From: Octopus vulgaris
Lineage: Eukaryota
Assembly: GCA_951406725.2 (NCBI GenBank)
Contig: OX597826.1
Span: 65,410,001 to 65,474,000, forward strand
Length of the DNA stretch: 64,000 nucleotides
Direction: 5' to 3'
Shown: positions 11,130 through 26,986 of the stretch, piece after piece
Position numbering within the stretch: the first letter of the stretch is position 1
Layout of the letters: each line of letters begins with the position of its first letter
Notes under the pieces: model-generated
Told to the model about the DNA's origin: nothing
The model's database searches: none
Seen by the model: the letters and a program-made list of their open reading frames with translations, nothing else
Made by a program: the position numbers and the translations under genes

Positions 11130-11276
11130 CTGGACATTTAAAGTCAGTTTTCCATTGTTGATCATCACCACATATTAATTTCTGAGAAGTGTTAAATGGT
11201 AAAATACACTCACTGCCAATGATTGTTTCACTACAGTTTAATCTTCTGTTGCAGTAGATAGTAATTTTGTTACACT
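11130..11276 (-). CDS. Sushi/CCP-like module exon (array unit 1)
   Basis: Same 147-bp AG/GT-bounded open exon as the other units. Confidence 0.85.
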
Positions 11277-11819
11277 CTGCAGGGGTGGAAAAAAATTCAT
11301 TTAGTATAAATAGCTGACATCAATTAGGAAATATATGCACACACGTTCATATACAAGCATGCATTCATTCATACATACTTAAATACATACATACGTTACA
11401 TACATACATACATTTATATGAATATCTTATTGTGTCTGAGAAGAGTCATTTATTTTTAGTGCCTTATTATATAACACACACACTGGTTCGATTTCTGCTC
11501 ATTTGCTTACTTATTTTTACTAAAATTTTCATTGCGTCATGCAACCTTTTTCAATAGTCATTGACTCTGTACATTATTGGAGTTGCGTTCTTTTTGTTTG
11601 TTTGTGTGCATGTCTGTGCATCAGTGTCCATGCACACATACATATCTATGTGTGCATGTATGCATGTATGTATGTGTGTGTATGCACACATGTGTGTGTG
11701 TGTGTGTGTCTAACCATATATATATATGTTTGCAGGTGTGCACATTTGTATGTATGTATTTATTTGCACATTCATGTGTTTGTGTGTGTATGTGTTTGTG
11801 TGTGTGAGTTTGTATTCAT

Positions 11820-12223
11820 GTTTGTGTTTGTATGCATGTGTGTATGTGTATCTTTGTGTACATGTTTGAATGTTTTTGTGTATAAATGAGTGTGACTATG
11901 TATGTGCATCTGTTATGTACGGATGTGTGTCTCTATATGTGCCCTTGTGTGAAGTGTTTGTGTGTGTACATAGTCATGTGTTTCAGTTTTCATTTGTGTA
12001 TGCATGTATGCATGTATGTATGTAGATGTGTATGCGCATGCATGTGCCTTTCTGTCCATACATCTGTCCGTCTCTCTGTCCATATTACCTATGCACTTAT
12101 CTATCTTTATATATATATATATATATATACCTACATATATACACATACACACACATACACACATGTGTGTATGTGTATATATATGTAGGTATATATATAT
12201 ATGTGTGTGTGTGTGTATGACTG

Positions 12224-12255
<32 letters not shown>

Positions 12256-13470
12256 TATATATAGAGAGAGAGATAGATAGATATCATCATCATCGTTTAA
12301 CGTCCGCTTTCCATGCTAGCATGGGTTGGAGGATTTGACTGAGGTCTGGCAAACCAGACTCCAATCTGACCTGGCAGAGTTTCTACAGCTGAATGACCTT
12401 CCTAACGCCAACCACTCCGAGAGTGTAGTGGGTACTTTTACGTGCCACCGGCATGAGGGCCAGTTTGGTGGTACTGGCAACAGCCACGCTCAAATGGTGC
12501 TTTTTATGTGCCACCTGCACAGGAGCCAGTCCAGCACCACTGGCAATGACCTCGCTCGAATGTTTTTTTACGTGCCACCAGCACAAGTGCTAGTAAGGCA
12601 ACGTAGGTAACGATAATGCTTGATTGGTGTATTTATCATGCCATCGGCATAGCGCTCCACTAGCAACGGATGCCAGTCACCGAGTTTGACTTCGATTTCA
12701 CGTGCCTCAACAGGTCTTCGCAATTGAGTTTGATTCTGACTTCAATTTCACTTGCCTCAACTGGTCTTCGCAAGCAGAGTTTAGTGTCCAATGAAGGAAA
12801 GGCACGCATATGTGGACTGGTTACACCCCTGGCATAGGCCACAAGGTTATGGTCTCACTTGCACTTGCCAAGTCTTCTCAAGCACAGAATATTTCCAGAG
12901 GTCCCAGTCACTAGTCATTGCCTCGGTGAGGCCCAATGTTTGAAGGTCATGCTTCACCACCACATCCCAGGTCTTCCTGGGTCTACCTCTTCCACAGGTT
13001 CCCTCAACTGCTAGGGTGTGGTACTTTTTCACACAGCTATCCACATCCATTCTCACCATATGACCATACCAGCGCAGTTGTCTCTCTTGCACACCACATC
13101 TGATACTTCTTAGGTCCAACTTTTCTCTCAAGGCATATATATATATATATATATACATATGTAGGTAAATGGATCAATATATATAGAGAGATACATATAG
13201 ATAGATTGGTGAATAGGTAATACGGACAGACAGATGGTAAGACTTCTGAACAGACAAGCACATGCACTTGCATACACACATATATAAATACATGCTGGCA
13301 TACACAAATGAAAACTGAAACACATGACCATATACATACACACACTTCACACAAAGACACTTGTGGAGACACACATCCGTACATAACAGACACACATACA
13401 TAGTGACACAAACCAAAACACAAAAACACTCAAACGTGCACACACAAAGAGACAGAAATACACGCACAAA
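11820..13470. repeat. Diverged inverted duplication of a (TG)-rich ~330 bp block flanking the RTE fragment (each unit)
   Basis: tctgttatgtacggatgtgtgtctc and gtcatgtgtttcagttttcatttgtgtatgc (11910-12003) recur as reverse complements at ~13298-13390. Confidence 0.85.
12285..13135 (-). mobile_element. RTE-clade LINE 3' end, 5' truncated (each unit)
   Basis: LREKLDLRSIRCGVQERQLRWYGHMVRM...RGRPRKTW followed by a 3' UTR and (GAT)n tail. Confidence 0.85.
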
Positions 13471-13474
13471 TACA

Positions 13475-13587
13475 TGGAGCTTAGGTGTTTCACTCATAAA
13501 CACACACATCGCCCGGTCTGAGATTCGAACCCGTGATCCCACAACCGTGAGTCCGCTGCTCTAACCACTAGGCCATGTGCCTCCACC
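13475..13587 (-). mobile_element. tRNA-derived SINE head (each unit)
   Basis: ggaggcacatggcctagtggttagagc (A box)...gggttcgaatctc (B box); a related copy is at 51350-51605. Confidence 0.75.
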
Positions 13588-13933
13588 AATGGAACTTGGA
13601 ACCATGTGATTAAGAAGCAACTTCTTACTACACAGTCATGCCTCCAGTATTATGTAAAGTGTTAAAGTATGGACTGCAGAAGAAATGAACAAAATGTTTG
13701 TTCATGGTCTAGACAAGATGTGTTCAACCATTTTTTTGTCTAAGGATCCCTTTAATTCCTATTTTACTGGAGTGAACAATCAGTCATTCAATGTTTAAAA
13801 ATATCTTATATTTTTATAATTAAATATTATTAGGAATTGTATTAAAAAAATTATTAAAATATTTTGTCTACTAAAGAAGTATAGTCGATTTTATTACTAC
13901 AAAATCTGATACATCATCATCATCATCATCATC

Positions 13934-14322
<389 letters not shown>

Positions 14323-14420
14323 TCATCATTTAACGTCCGTTCTCCATGTTAGCATGGGTTGGACGGTTCGACCGGGTTCTGGGAGCCAGAAGGCTGCACC
14401 AGGCTCCAGTCTAATCTCCA

Positions 14421-14465
<45 letters not shown>

Positions 14466-15166
14466 CATATATATACGTATGTATATATATATATGTATAT
14501 ATATATATATTTGTATGTATGTATACGTATATGTATATATACAAATTGAGATAGGGGTTGTAAATGCAACCCTCTATGGGATAACGTATATCCAATATAC
14601 TGCTAGTGAAGTACCCAACAAAGTTAATACATAAATGTTAATGATTGCGATGCAATCAATTCATTTACTGTATTATATGGGCAAAGGTAAAATGATTTAC
14701 CACAAATTACTAATACAAGATAAGAAAATGGAGAAACACATCTAATTAAATATCAATTACCAGATAATACTCAATCACATACTTTATTAAACCACCACAT
14801 AAGAGACTGTAGGGTTAAATATAAAAAGCAGAACAAATCAGTGTACATAAAGGAATGTACATGAAAAAAGTGTACATAAAAGAATAATGTTGTATAATAA
14901 GTAGAATATATATAAAAAAGAATATAAATACAAGTAAATATAAATATAAGCATACATTAGATCTTATATTCTTTTTTATATATATTCTAATTATTATACA
15001 ACATTACTCTTTTATGTACACTTTTTTATGTACATTCCTTTATGTACACTGATTTGTTCTGCTTTTTATATTTAACCCTACAGTCTCTTATGTGGTGGTT
15101 TAATAAAGTATTGAAGTATTATCTGGTAATTGTATTTGATTTAGATGTGTTTTCCATTTTCTATCT

Positions 15167-15210
<44 letters not shown>

Positions 15211-17805
15211 GATATTTAAGATCTATCTCCCTTACAGGGCTGATAGAATTGGCCGCCGATTCTTCGCGGGCGGCGCGCCCGCCCTACCCACCTCCACCAC
15301 CAATACCGGATATCTCTATTTTGCTCCAACTATACCGGATGTCGTTTCTCCCACCACCATTATAGGTGTCTACTCTTTGAACCCCCCTCTTCAATACGCT
15401 ATTTCACCATGCATTACCCCTCTCTTGATATCCTACGTTCTACTTGCCTAGAACCTGTCCTCTGAACCACCCCTCCCACTGGTGCTCCCCTATATTTCTG
15501 CCCCCCCCCATAAAAAGCACCATCCGAACGTGGCCGATGCCAGACCCCTCTGGCACCTGTGCAGGTGGCACGTAAAAACACCCACTACACTCGCGGAGTG
15601 GTTGGCGTTAGGAAGGGCATCCAGCTGTAGAAACACTGCCAGACTAGACTGGAGCCTGGGGCAGTCCCGAGCTCCCCAGACCCCGGTCGAAACCGTCCAA
15701 CCCGTGCTAGCGCGGAAAACGGACGTTAAACGATGATGATGATGATGATGATATATAGATATAACCAAGAAAAAAGCAACTACTAATCCATTCTTGTTGC
15801 TTTTTTCTTGGTTATAATCACCCCACATTTTTTATGGTTAATACCATAAACAATTCTGGTGCATCTAAGTTAAGTACCATATTCATTTGAATTCATTGGA
15901 ATTCACTTGAATCTTAATTGTATTTGCTGAAAGTATATATATATATATATATATATATATGCATATATATATGCATATATATATGCATATATATGTATAT
16001 GTGTGATCACTAAATTTGAATTTACATAAAGGGAAAAGGAATCACAATATCCCTTCCATGAGTAAAATTATTTTTACAAATCAAAAGATATCAACTAGAT
16101 TATGGATGGGAGATAAAAGTTTGCTAAAAAGTAGCTGCCCTCAATGTAAACCATGGCCTCGAGACACTCTGGAACCTGACACATACATTCCTCACTCTGT
16201 CCCTTCGAAGATCTTTGAACACCTCCTTGATCTTGGTGTTGCAGGCAGAGCAGCTTGTGCCTTTATTTGTGCCCCATACATAGTAATTTATAAGTCTATA
16301 ATTTGAGGAGTTAAGGTACTAAAATTTAGAGTTGGTGTAGTCATAGAAATTCTTCAACAACAATAACTTCTTCCCTTGTCTGGGGACAAATGCTGTTGCT
16401 ATACATATTGTCCACCAACTTCAACCCTCTCCAGCCAGGATTTCAAAAGTTTTCTAGTCTATCATTCATGACCTCCTTTATGCAGATGACTGTGACTTAG
16501 TCATTCATACAGTGGATGACATGCAAATACTCATGAATCATATTTCTGCTTCTTGCAAGGTATTTGGACTCGGCATTAGCCTGGACACAACTGTTGTAAT
16601 GTTCCAGCCTGCACCAGGAAATCCATATGTGGAACCAGCAATCTTGGTTGAAGGAACAATTCTGAAGGTGGTAGACAAGTTTGTCTACTTGGACAGCACA
16701 CTCAGCCGTTCTTGCTCCCTGGATGATGAAATATCTTTCAGGCTGCAGAGAACAATTAATTCATTCTGGTCTCTTCAGTCTCATGTCTGGTCCCTGCATG
16801 GCATCATCAGGCAAACAAAAATTACTGTGTACTCTGCATGTGTACTAACATCGCTCCTTTACTCATGTGAGACATGGGCCCTTTACAAACGTCATGTGAG
16901 GCTCCTTCAACGCGTTCATCAGACATGTCTCAGGCACATTCTGGAGATGACTTCCAGTTCTCCATGTCAGCTAAATTATTCGCAACTACAACACAAACCT
17001 ACATGCTCTCCAATGACACTGATTGTTCAACAATACATCAAGCAGTTCCAGAAAATAAAAGACAAAATAATTGCTAAATTTAGCCCAAAAAACAAAACTA
17101 AACCAATGTTTAAAAAAACTTTTAGCATCCACTTTTTCATGTGTCAAGCAGAATTTGTTGAAGCAATTTTTTGTAACTGCTAGACCTTCCTGTTTTCAAG
17201 CAAGATATTTCCTCCCACATAGGTTATATATACTTGTATTATATACATATATAATCATATACCACAGCAGAAATATAGAAAGTGCCCCCCCCCAAAAAAA
17301 AAAAAAAAATAATAAAACAGACAAGACAGATAGAAAAGAAAGAAAAAGAGAATTAATGAAAAGATGTGGTGTCATCAGGCAAATTTTTAAAAAAACTTAG
17401 ATTTGATTACTCTTTTACTTGTTTCAGTCATTTGACTGTGGCCATGCTGGAGCACCACCATTAGTCGAGCAAATCAACCCCAGGACTTATTCTTTGTATG
17501 CCAAGTACTTATTCTATCGGTCTCTTTTTTGCCGATCTGCTAAGTTACGAGAGTATAAACACTCCAGCATCGGTTGCCAAGCAATGTAGGCAGGACAAAC
17601 ACAGACACACAAACATACACGCACATATACATATATACGACGGGTTTCTTTCAGCTTCTGTCTACCAAATCCAATCACAAGGCTTTGGTCGGCCAGAGGC
17701 TATAGTAGAAGGCACTTGTCCAAGGTGCCATGCAGTGGGACTGAACCCTGAACCATGTGGTTCGCAAGCAAGCTACTTACCACACAGCCAATCCTACGCC
17801 TACAG

Positions 17806-17904
17806 AAAATATGGAACGCTTCATGAATTTGCGTGTCATTCTTGCGCAGGGGCCATGCTAATCTTCTCTGTTTCATTCCAATTTTAGTATATGTATTGCC
17901 AAAG
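17806..17904 (-). pseudogene. U6: U6 snRNA pseudogene (unit 2)
   Basis: Copy of 9881-9979. Confidence 0.95.
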
Positions 17905-19053
17905 ATCAATTTTCACTTAATTTCACAACGTAACAATTTTCAAAAAAAAATTTGTTTATTGTGGATAGCGTACAGACTATTTCAGAGTGCCCATGGGTGA
18001 CCATGACAAACCATGGGCCCCACATGTGATATGTGGAAGCTGTCGATCTACTCTAGAAGGATGGTTAAGAGGTACAGAAAGGTCAATGCCTTTTGCCATT
18101 CCAAGGGTATGGAGAGAGCCAAAGAACCATCACGATGACTGTTACTTTTGTATGATTGAAGTGACAAAGTGCAGAAAAGTGAAAGGAAGACAAGCTCTTC
18201 AGTGTCCAGACATATCATCATCTAGAGCACCTGCTCCACATGATGACAGTACCACTACCACCAGGAAATATTTCATCTGAAGAGTCAACAAGTAGCAGCA
18301 GCCAAGAAATGGAGGAAGCTTTCATACCAAGAACGACTTCAGAGCCTCACATTCCAATTCAGAGTGAGCTAGATGATTTAATCAGGGATCTGGGTCTTAC
18401 TAAGTCAGGAGCTGAACTTCTTTCATTAAGGTTGAAGGAATGGAATCTACTGGGGAAGACTGCAAGACATCTGTGTACTGGAAACGCCACGAAGTGAGGA
18501 TCATGTTGAGAGATTTCATCAGGACATCGAAACTATGGAAAGAAGATACCAAGGACGATGGGATACTGCTTTGATGGGAGATTATAAATGGTCTGTAGTC
18601 AGAAGAGATGAAGGTGTACACTCCAGAAAATCTCGATTGTCAAAGCACTTCTCATGTTAAGAAAAGAGTTATCAAGGCATTTACAGCGCAGAGTTTTATT
18701 GTTTCGTTTTGTACTATATACTTCCTAAATACTTTTCGATGTATGAAAAAGTACTAAATGTTGTGTAATTATCCTTACAATACTAGAATAGATTGAACCA
18801 AAAAAGTGCCGTAGAAAAAAGTGACAAATATAATGAGCAAATATGAAATTAGGAATAAATAAATAACTATCGATGTTACGTCAAAACGAATGTGATTTTT
18901 AAATTTAGTGGCAAAAAATGCATATATGAACATTAAAAAATACAAATAAACAAAACATGTGTTACATTGTGTTATCAGTTATTTCAATAGAGACATATTC
19001 CATTAAAACAATCAAATAAATAAAAAACCAATTCTACACAATAAAATTATTAC

Positions 19054-19200
19054 CTGGACATTTAAAGTCAGTTTTCCATTGTTGATCATCACCACATATT
19101 AATTTCTGAGAAGTGTTAAATGGTAAAATACACTCACTGCCAATGATTGTTTCACTACAGTTTAATCTTCTGTTGCAGTAGATAGTAATTTTGTTACACT
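19054..19200 (-). CDS. Sushi/CCP-like module exon (array unit 2)
   Basis: Same 147-bp AG/GT-bounded open exon as the other units. Confidence 0.85.
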
Positions 19201-21968
19201 CTGCAGGGGTGGAAAAAATTCATTTAGTATAAATAGCTGACATCAATTAGGAAATATATGCACACACGTTCATATACAAGCATGCATTCATTCATACATA
19301 CTTAAATACATACATACGTTACATACATACATACATTTATATGAATATCTTATTGTGTCTGAGAAGAGTCATTTATTTTTAGTGCCTTATTATATAACAC
19401 ACACACTGGTTCGATTTCTGCTCATTTGCTTACTTATTTTTACTAAAATTTTCATTGCGTCATGCAACCTTTTTCAATAGTCATTGACTCTGTACATTAT
19501 TGGAGTTGCGTTCTTTTTGTTTGTTTGTGTGCATGTCTGTGCATCAGTGTCCATGCACACATACATATCTATGTGTGCATGTATGCATGTATGTATGTGT
19601 GTGTATGCACACATGTGTGTGTGTGTGTGTGTCTAACCATATATATATATGTTTGCAGGTGTGCACATTTGTATGTATGTATTTATTTGCACATTCATGT
19701 GTTTGTGTGTGTATGTGTTTGTGTGTGTGAGTTTGTATTCATGTTTGTGTTTGTATGCATGTGTGTATGTGTATCTTTGTGTACATGTTTGAATGTTTTT
19801 GTGTATGAATGAGTGTGACTATGTATGTGCATCTGTTATGTACGGATGTGTGTCTCTATATGTGCCCTTGTGTGAAGTGTTTGTGTGTGTACATAGTCAT
19901 GTGTTTCAGTTTTCATTTGTGTATGCATGTATGCATGTATGTATGTAGATGTGTATGCGCATGCATGTGCCTTTCTGTCCATACATCTGTCCGTCTCTCT
20001 GTCCATATTACCTATGCACTTATCTATCTTTATATATATATATATATATACCTACATATATACACATACACACACATACACACATGTGTGTATGTGTATA
20101 TATATGTAGGTATATATATATATGTGTGTGTGTGTGTATGACTGTATATATATACATATATATATATATACACATATATATATAGAGAGAGAGATAGATA
20201 GATATCATCATCATCGTTTAACGTCCGCTTTCCATGCTAGCATGGGTTGGAGGATTTGACTGAGGTCTGGCAAACAAGACTCCAATCTGACCTGGCAGAG
20301 TTTCTACAGCTGAATGACCTTCCTAACGCCAACCACTCCGAGAGTGTAGTGGGTACTTTTACGTGCCACCGGCATGAGGGCCAGTTTGGTGGTACTGGCA
20401 ACAGCCACGCTCAAATGGTGCTTTTTATGTGCCACCTGCACAGGAGCCAGTCCAGCACCACTGGCAATGACCTCGCTCGAATGTTTTTTTACGTGCCACC
20501 AGCACAAGTGCTAGTAAGGCAACGTAGGTAACGATAATGCTTGATTGGTGTATTTATCATGCCATCGGCATAGCGCTCCACTAGCAACGGATGCCAGTCA
20601 CCAAGTTTGACTTCGATTTCACGTGCCTCAACAGGTCTTCGCAATTGAGTTTGATTCTGACTTCAATTTCACTTGCCTCAACTGGTCTTCGCAAGCAGAG
20701 TTTAGTGTCCAATGAAGGAAAGGCACGCATATGTGGACTGGTTACACCCCTGGCATAGGCCACAAGGTTATGGTCTCACTTGCACTTGCCAAGTCTTCTC
20801 AAGCACAGAATATTTCCAGAGGTCCCAGTCACTAGTCATTGCCTCGGTGAGGCCCAATGTTTGAAGGTCATGCTTCACCACCACATCCCAGGTCTTCCTG
20901 GGTCTACCTCTTCCACAGGTTCCCTCAACTGCTAGGGTGTGGTACTTTTTCACACAGCTATCCACATCCATTCTCACCATATGACCATACCAGCGCAGTT
21001 GTCTCTCTTGCACACCACATCTGATACTTCTTAGGTCCAACTTTTCTCTCAAGGCATATATATATATATATATATACATATGTAGGTAAATGGATCAATA
21101 TATATAGAGAGATACATATAGATAGATTGGTGAATAGGTAATACGGACAGACAGATGGTAAGACTTCTGAACAGACAAGCACATGCACTTGCATACACAC
21201 ATATATAAATACATGCTGGCATACACAAATGAAAACTGAAACACATGACCATATACATACACACACTTCACACAAAGACACTTGTGGAGACACACATCCG
21301 TACATAACAGACACACATACATAGTGACACAAACCAAAACACAAAAACACTCAAACGTGCACACACAAAGAGACAGAAATACACGCACAAATACATGGAG
21401 CTTAGGTGTTTCACTCATAAACACACACATCGCCCGGTCTGAGATTCGAACCCGTGATCCCACAACCGTGAGTCCGCTGCTCTAACCACTAGGCCATGTG
21501 CCTCCACCAATGGAACTTGGAACCATGTGATTAAGAAGCAACTTCTTACTACACAGTCATGCCTCCAGTATTATGTAAAGTGTTAAAGTATGGACTGCAG
21601 AAGAAATGAACAAAATGTTTGTTCATGGTCTAGACAAGATGTGTTCAACCATTTTTTTGTCTAAGGATCCCTTTAATTCCTATTTTACTGGAGTGAACAA
21701 TCAGTCATTCAATGTTTAAAAATATCTTATATTTTTATAATTAAATATTATTAGGAATTGTATTAAAAAAATTATTAAAATATTTTGTCTACTAAAGAAG
21801 TATAGTCGATTTTATTACTACAAAATCTGATACATCATCATCATCATCATCATCAGTATATATATATATATACATACATAAATATATACATATATATATA
21901 TACATACATATATATATATATACATACATATATATATATATACATACATATATATATATATATGTATG

Positions 21969-22061
<93 letters not shown>

Positions 22062-22169
22062 TCATCATCATCATCGTTTAACGTCCGTTCTCCATGTTAG
22101 CATGGGTTGGACGGTTCGACCGGGGTTCTGGGAGCCAGAAGGCTGCACCAGGCTCCAGTCTAATCTCCA

Positions 22170-22236
<67 letters not shown>

Positions 22237-22944
22237 CATATATATACGTATGTATATATATATATGTATATATATATATATTTGTATGTATGTATACGTA
22301 TATGTATATATACAAATTGAGATAGGGTTGTAAATGCAACCCTCTATGGGATAACGTATATCCAATATACTGCTAGTGAAGTACCCAACAAAGTTAATAC
22401 ATAAATGTTAATGACTGCGATGCAATCAATTCATTTACTGTATTATATGGGCAAAGGTAAAATGATTTACCACAAATTACTAATACAAGATAAGAAAATG
22501 GAGAAACACATCTACATTAAATATCAATTACCAGATAATACTCAATCACATACTTTATTAAACCACCACATAAGAGACTGTAGGGTTAAATATAAAAAGC
22601 AGAACAAATCAGTGTACATAAAGGAATGTACATGAAAAAAGTGTACATAAAAGAATAATGTTGTATAATAAGTAGAATATATATAAAAAAGAATATAAAT
22701 ACAAGTAAATATAAATATAAGCATACATTAGATCTTATATTCTTTTTTATATATATTCTAATTATTATACAACATTACTCTTTTATGTACACTTTTTTAT
22801 GTACATTCCTTTATGTACACTGATTTGTTCTGCTTTTTATATTTAACCCTACAGTCTCTTATGTGGTGGTTTAATAAAGTATGTGATTGAGTATTATCTG
22901 GTAATTGATATTTGATTTAGATGTGTTTCTCCATTTTCTTATCT

Positions 22945-23008
<64 letters not shown>

Positions 23009-25590
23009 GATATTTAAGATCTATCTCCCTTACAGGGCTGATAGAATTGGCCGCCGATTCTTCGCGGGCGGCGCGTCCGCCCTACCCACCCCCACCACCA
23101 ATACCGGATATCTCTATTTTGCTCCAACTATACCGGATGTCGGTTCTCCCACCACCATTATAGGTGTCTACTCTTTGAACCCCCTCTTCAATACGCTATT
23201 TCACCATGCATTACCCCTCTCTTGATATCCTACGTTCTACTTGCCTAGAACCTGTCCTCTGAACCACCCCTCCCACTGGTGCTCCCCTATATTTCTGCTC
23301 CCCCCCATAAAAAGCACCATCCGAACGTGGCCGATGCCAGACCCCTCTGGCACCTGTGCAGGTGGCACGTAAAAAACACCCACTACACTCGCGGAGTGGT
23401 TGGCGTTAGGAAGGGCATCCAGCTGTAGAAACACTGCCAGACTAGACTGGAGCCTGGGGCAGTCCCGAGCTCCCCAGACCCTTGTCGAAACCGTCCAACC
23501 CGTGCTAGCGCGGAAAACGGACGTTAAACGATGATGATGATGATGATGATATATATAGATATAACCAAGAAAAAAGCAACTACTAATCCATTCTTGTTGC
23601 TTTTTTCTTGGTTATAATCACCCCACATTTTTTATGGTTAATACCATAAACAATTCTGGTGCATCTAAGTTAAGTACCATATTCATTTGAATTCATTGGA
23701 ATTCACTTGAATCTTAATTGCATTTGCTGAAAGTATATATATATATATATATATATATGCATATATATATGCATATATATGTATATGTGTGATCAGCTAA
23801 ATTTGAATTTACATAAAGAGAAAAGGAATCACAATATCCCTTCCATGAGTAAAATTATTTTTACAAATCAAAAGATATCAACTAGATTATGGATGGGAGA
23901 TAAAAGTTTGCTAAAAGTAGCTGCCCTCAATGTAAACCATGGCCTCGAGACACTCTGGAACCTGACACATACATTCCTCACTCTGTCCCTTCGAAGATCT
24001 TTGAACACCTCCTTGATCTTGGTGTTGCAGGCAGAGCAGCTTGTGCCTTTATTTGTGCCCCATACATAGTAATTTATAAGTCTATAATTTGAGGAGTTAA
24101 GGTACTAAAATTTAGAGTTGGTGTAGTCATAGAAATTCTTCAACAACAATAACTTCTTCCCTTGTCTGGGGACAAATGCTGTTGCTATACATATTGTCCA
24201 CCAACTTCAACCCTCTCCAGCCAGGATTTCAAAAGTTTTCTAGTCTATCATTCATGACCTCCTTTATGCAGATGACTGTGACTTAGTCATTCATACAGTG
24301 GATGACATGCAAATACTCATGAATCATATTTCTGCTTCTTGCAAGGTATTTGGACTGGCATTAGCCTGGACACAACTGTTGTAATGTTCCAGCCTGCACC
24401 AGGAAATCCATAGGTGGAACCAGCAATCTTGGTTGAAGGAACAATTCTGAAGGTGGTAGACAAGTTTGTCTACTTGGACAGCACACTCAGCCGTTCTTGC
24501 TCCCTGGATGATGAAATATCTTTCAGGCTGCAGAGAACAATTAATTCATTCTGGTCTCTTCAGTCTCATGTCTGGTCCCTGCATGGCATCATCAGGCAAA
24601 CAAAAATTACTGTGTACTCTGCATGTGTACTAACATCGCTCCTTTACTCATGTGAGACATGGGCCCTTTACAAACGTCATGTGAGGCTCCTTCAACGCGT
24701 TCATCAGACATGTCTCAGGCACATTCTGGAGATGACTTCCAGTTCTCCATGTCAGCTAAATTATTCGCAACTACAACACAAACCTACATGCTCTCCAATG
24801 ACACTGATTGTTCAACAATACATCAAGCAGTTCCAGAAAATAAAAGACAAAATAATTGCTAAATTTAGCCCAAAAAACAAAACTAAACCAATGTTTAAAA
24901 AAACTTTTAGCATCCACTTTTTCATGTGTCAAGCAGAATTTGTTGAAGCAATTTTTTGTAACTGCTAGACCTTCCTGTTTTCAAGCAAGATATTTCCTCC
25001 CACATAGGTTATATATACTTGTATTATATACATATATAATCATATACCACAGCAGAAATATAGAAAGTGCCCCCCCAAAAAAAAAAAAAAAATAATAAAA
25101 CAGACAAGACAGATAGAAAAGAAAGAAAAAAGAGAATTAATGAAAAGATGTGGTGTCATCAGGCAAATTTTTAAAAAAAACTTAGATTTGATTACTCTTT
25201 TACTTGTTTCAGTCATTTGACTGTGGCCATGCTGGAGCACCACCATTAGTCGAGCAAATCAACCCCAGGACTTATTCTTTGTATGCCAAGTACTTATTCT
25301 ATCGGTCTCTTTTTTGCCGATCTGCTAAGTTACGAGAGTGTAAACACTCCAGCATCGGTTGCCAAGCAATGTAGGCAGGACAAACACAGACACACAAACA
25401 TACACGCACATATACATATATACGACGGGTTTCTTTCAGTTTCTGTCTACCAAATCCAATCACAAGGCTTTGGTCGGCCAGAGGCTATAGTAGAAGGCAC
25501 TTGTCCAAGGTGCCATGCAGTGGGACTGAACCCTGAACCATGTGGTTCGCAAGCAAGCTACTTACCACACAGCCAATCCTACGCCTACAG

Positions 25591-25689
25591 AAAATATGGA
25601 ACGCTTCATGAATTTGCGTGTCATTCTTGCGCAGGGGCCATGCTAATCTTCTCTGTTTCATTCCAATTTTAGTATATGTATTGCCAAAG
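25591..25689 (-). pseudogene. U6: U6 snRNA pseudogene (unit 3)
   Basis: Copy of 9881-9979. Confidence 0.95.
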
Positions 25690-26839
25690 ATCAATTTTCA
25701 CTTAATTTCACAACGTAACAATTTTCAAAAAAAAATTTGTTTATTGTGGATAGCGTACAGACTATTTCAGAGTGCCCATGGGTGACCATGACAAACCATG
25801 GGCCCCACATGTGATATGTGGAAGCTGTCGATCTACTCTAGAAGGATGGTTAAGAGGTACAGAAAGGTCAATGCCTTTTGCCATTCCAAGGGTATGGAGA
25901 GAGCCAAAGAACCATCACGATGACTGTTACTTTTGTATGATTGAAGTGACAAAGTGCAGAAAAGTGAAAGGAAGACAAGCTCTTCAGTGTCCAGACATAT
26001 CATCATCTAGAGCACCTGCTCCACATGATGACAGTACCACTACCACCAGGAAATATTTCATCTGAAGAGTCAACAAGTAGCAGCAGCCAAGAAATGGAGG
26101 AAGCTTTCATACCAAGAACGACTTCAGAGCCTCACATTCCAATTCAGAGTGAGCTAGATGATTTAATCAGGGATCTGGGTCTTACTAAGTCAGGAGCTGA
26201 ACTTCTTTCATTAAGGTTGAAGGAATGGAATCTACTGGGGGAAGACTGCAAGACATCTGTGTACTGGAAACGCCACGAAGTGAGGATCATGTTGAGAGAT
26301 TTCATCAGGACATCGAAACTATGGAAAGAAGATACCAAGGACGATGGGATACTGCTTTGATGGGAGATTATAAATGGTCTGTAGTCAGAAGAGATGAAGG
26401 TGTACACTCCAGAAAATCTCGATTGTCAAAGCACTTCTCATGTTAAGAAAAGAGTTATCAAGGCATTTACAGCGCAGAGTTTTATTGTTTCGTTTTGTAC
26501 TATATACTTCCTAAATACTTTTCGATGTATGAAAAAGTACTAAATGTTGTGTAATTATCCTTACAATACTAGAATAGATTGAACCAAAAAAGTGCCGTAG
26601 AAAAAAGTGACAAATATAATGAGCAAATATGAAATTAGGAATAAATAAATAACTATCGATGTTACGTCAAAACGAATGTGATTTTTAAATTTAGTGGCAA
26701 AAAATGCATATATGAACATTAAAAAATACAAATAAACAAAACATGTGTTACATTGTGTTATCAGTTATTTCAATAGAGACATATTCCATTAAAACAATCA
26801 AATAAATAAAAAACCAATTCTACACAATAAAATTATTAC

Positions 26840-26986
26840 CTGGACATTTAAAGTCAGTTTTCCATTGTTGATCATCACCACATATTAATTTCTGAGAAGT
26901 GTTAAATGGTAAAATACACTCACTGCCAATGATTGTTTCACTACAGTTTAATCTTCTGTTGCAGTAGATAGTAATTTTGTTACACT
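26840..26986 (-). CDS. Sushi/CCP-like module exon (array unit 3)
   Basis: Same 147-bp AG/GT-bounded open exon as the other units. Confidence 0.85.

Noticed and set aside
13520-13587. tRNA gene
   Set aside because: A and B boxes are present but there is no closing acceptor stem; it continues into a SINE body
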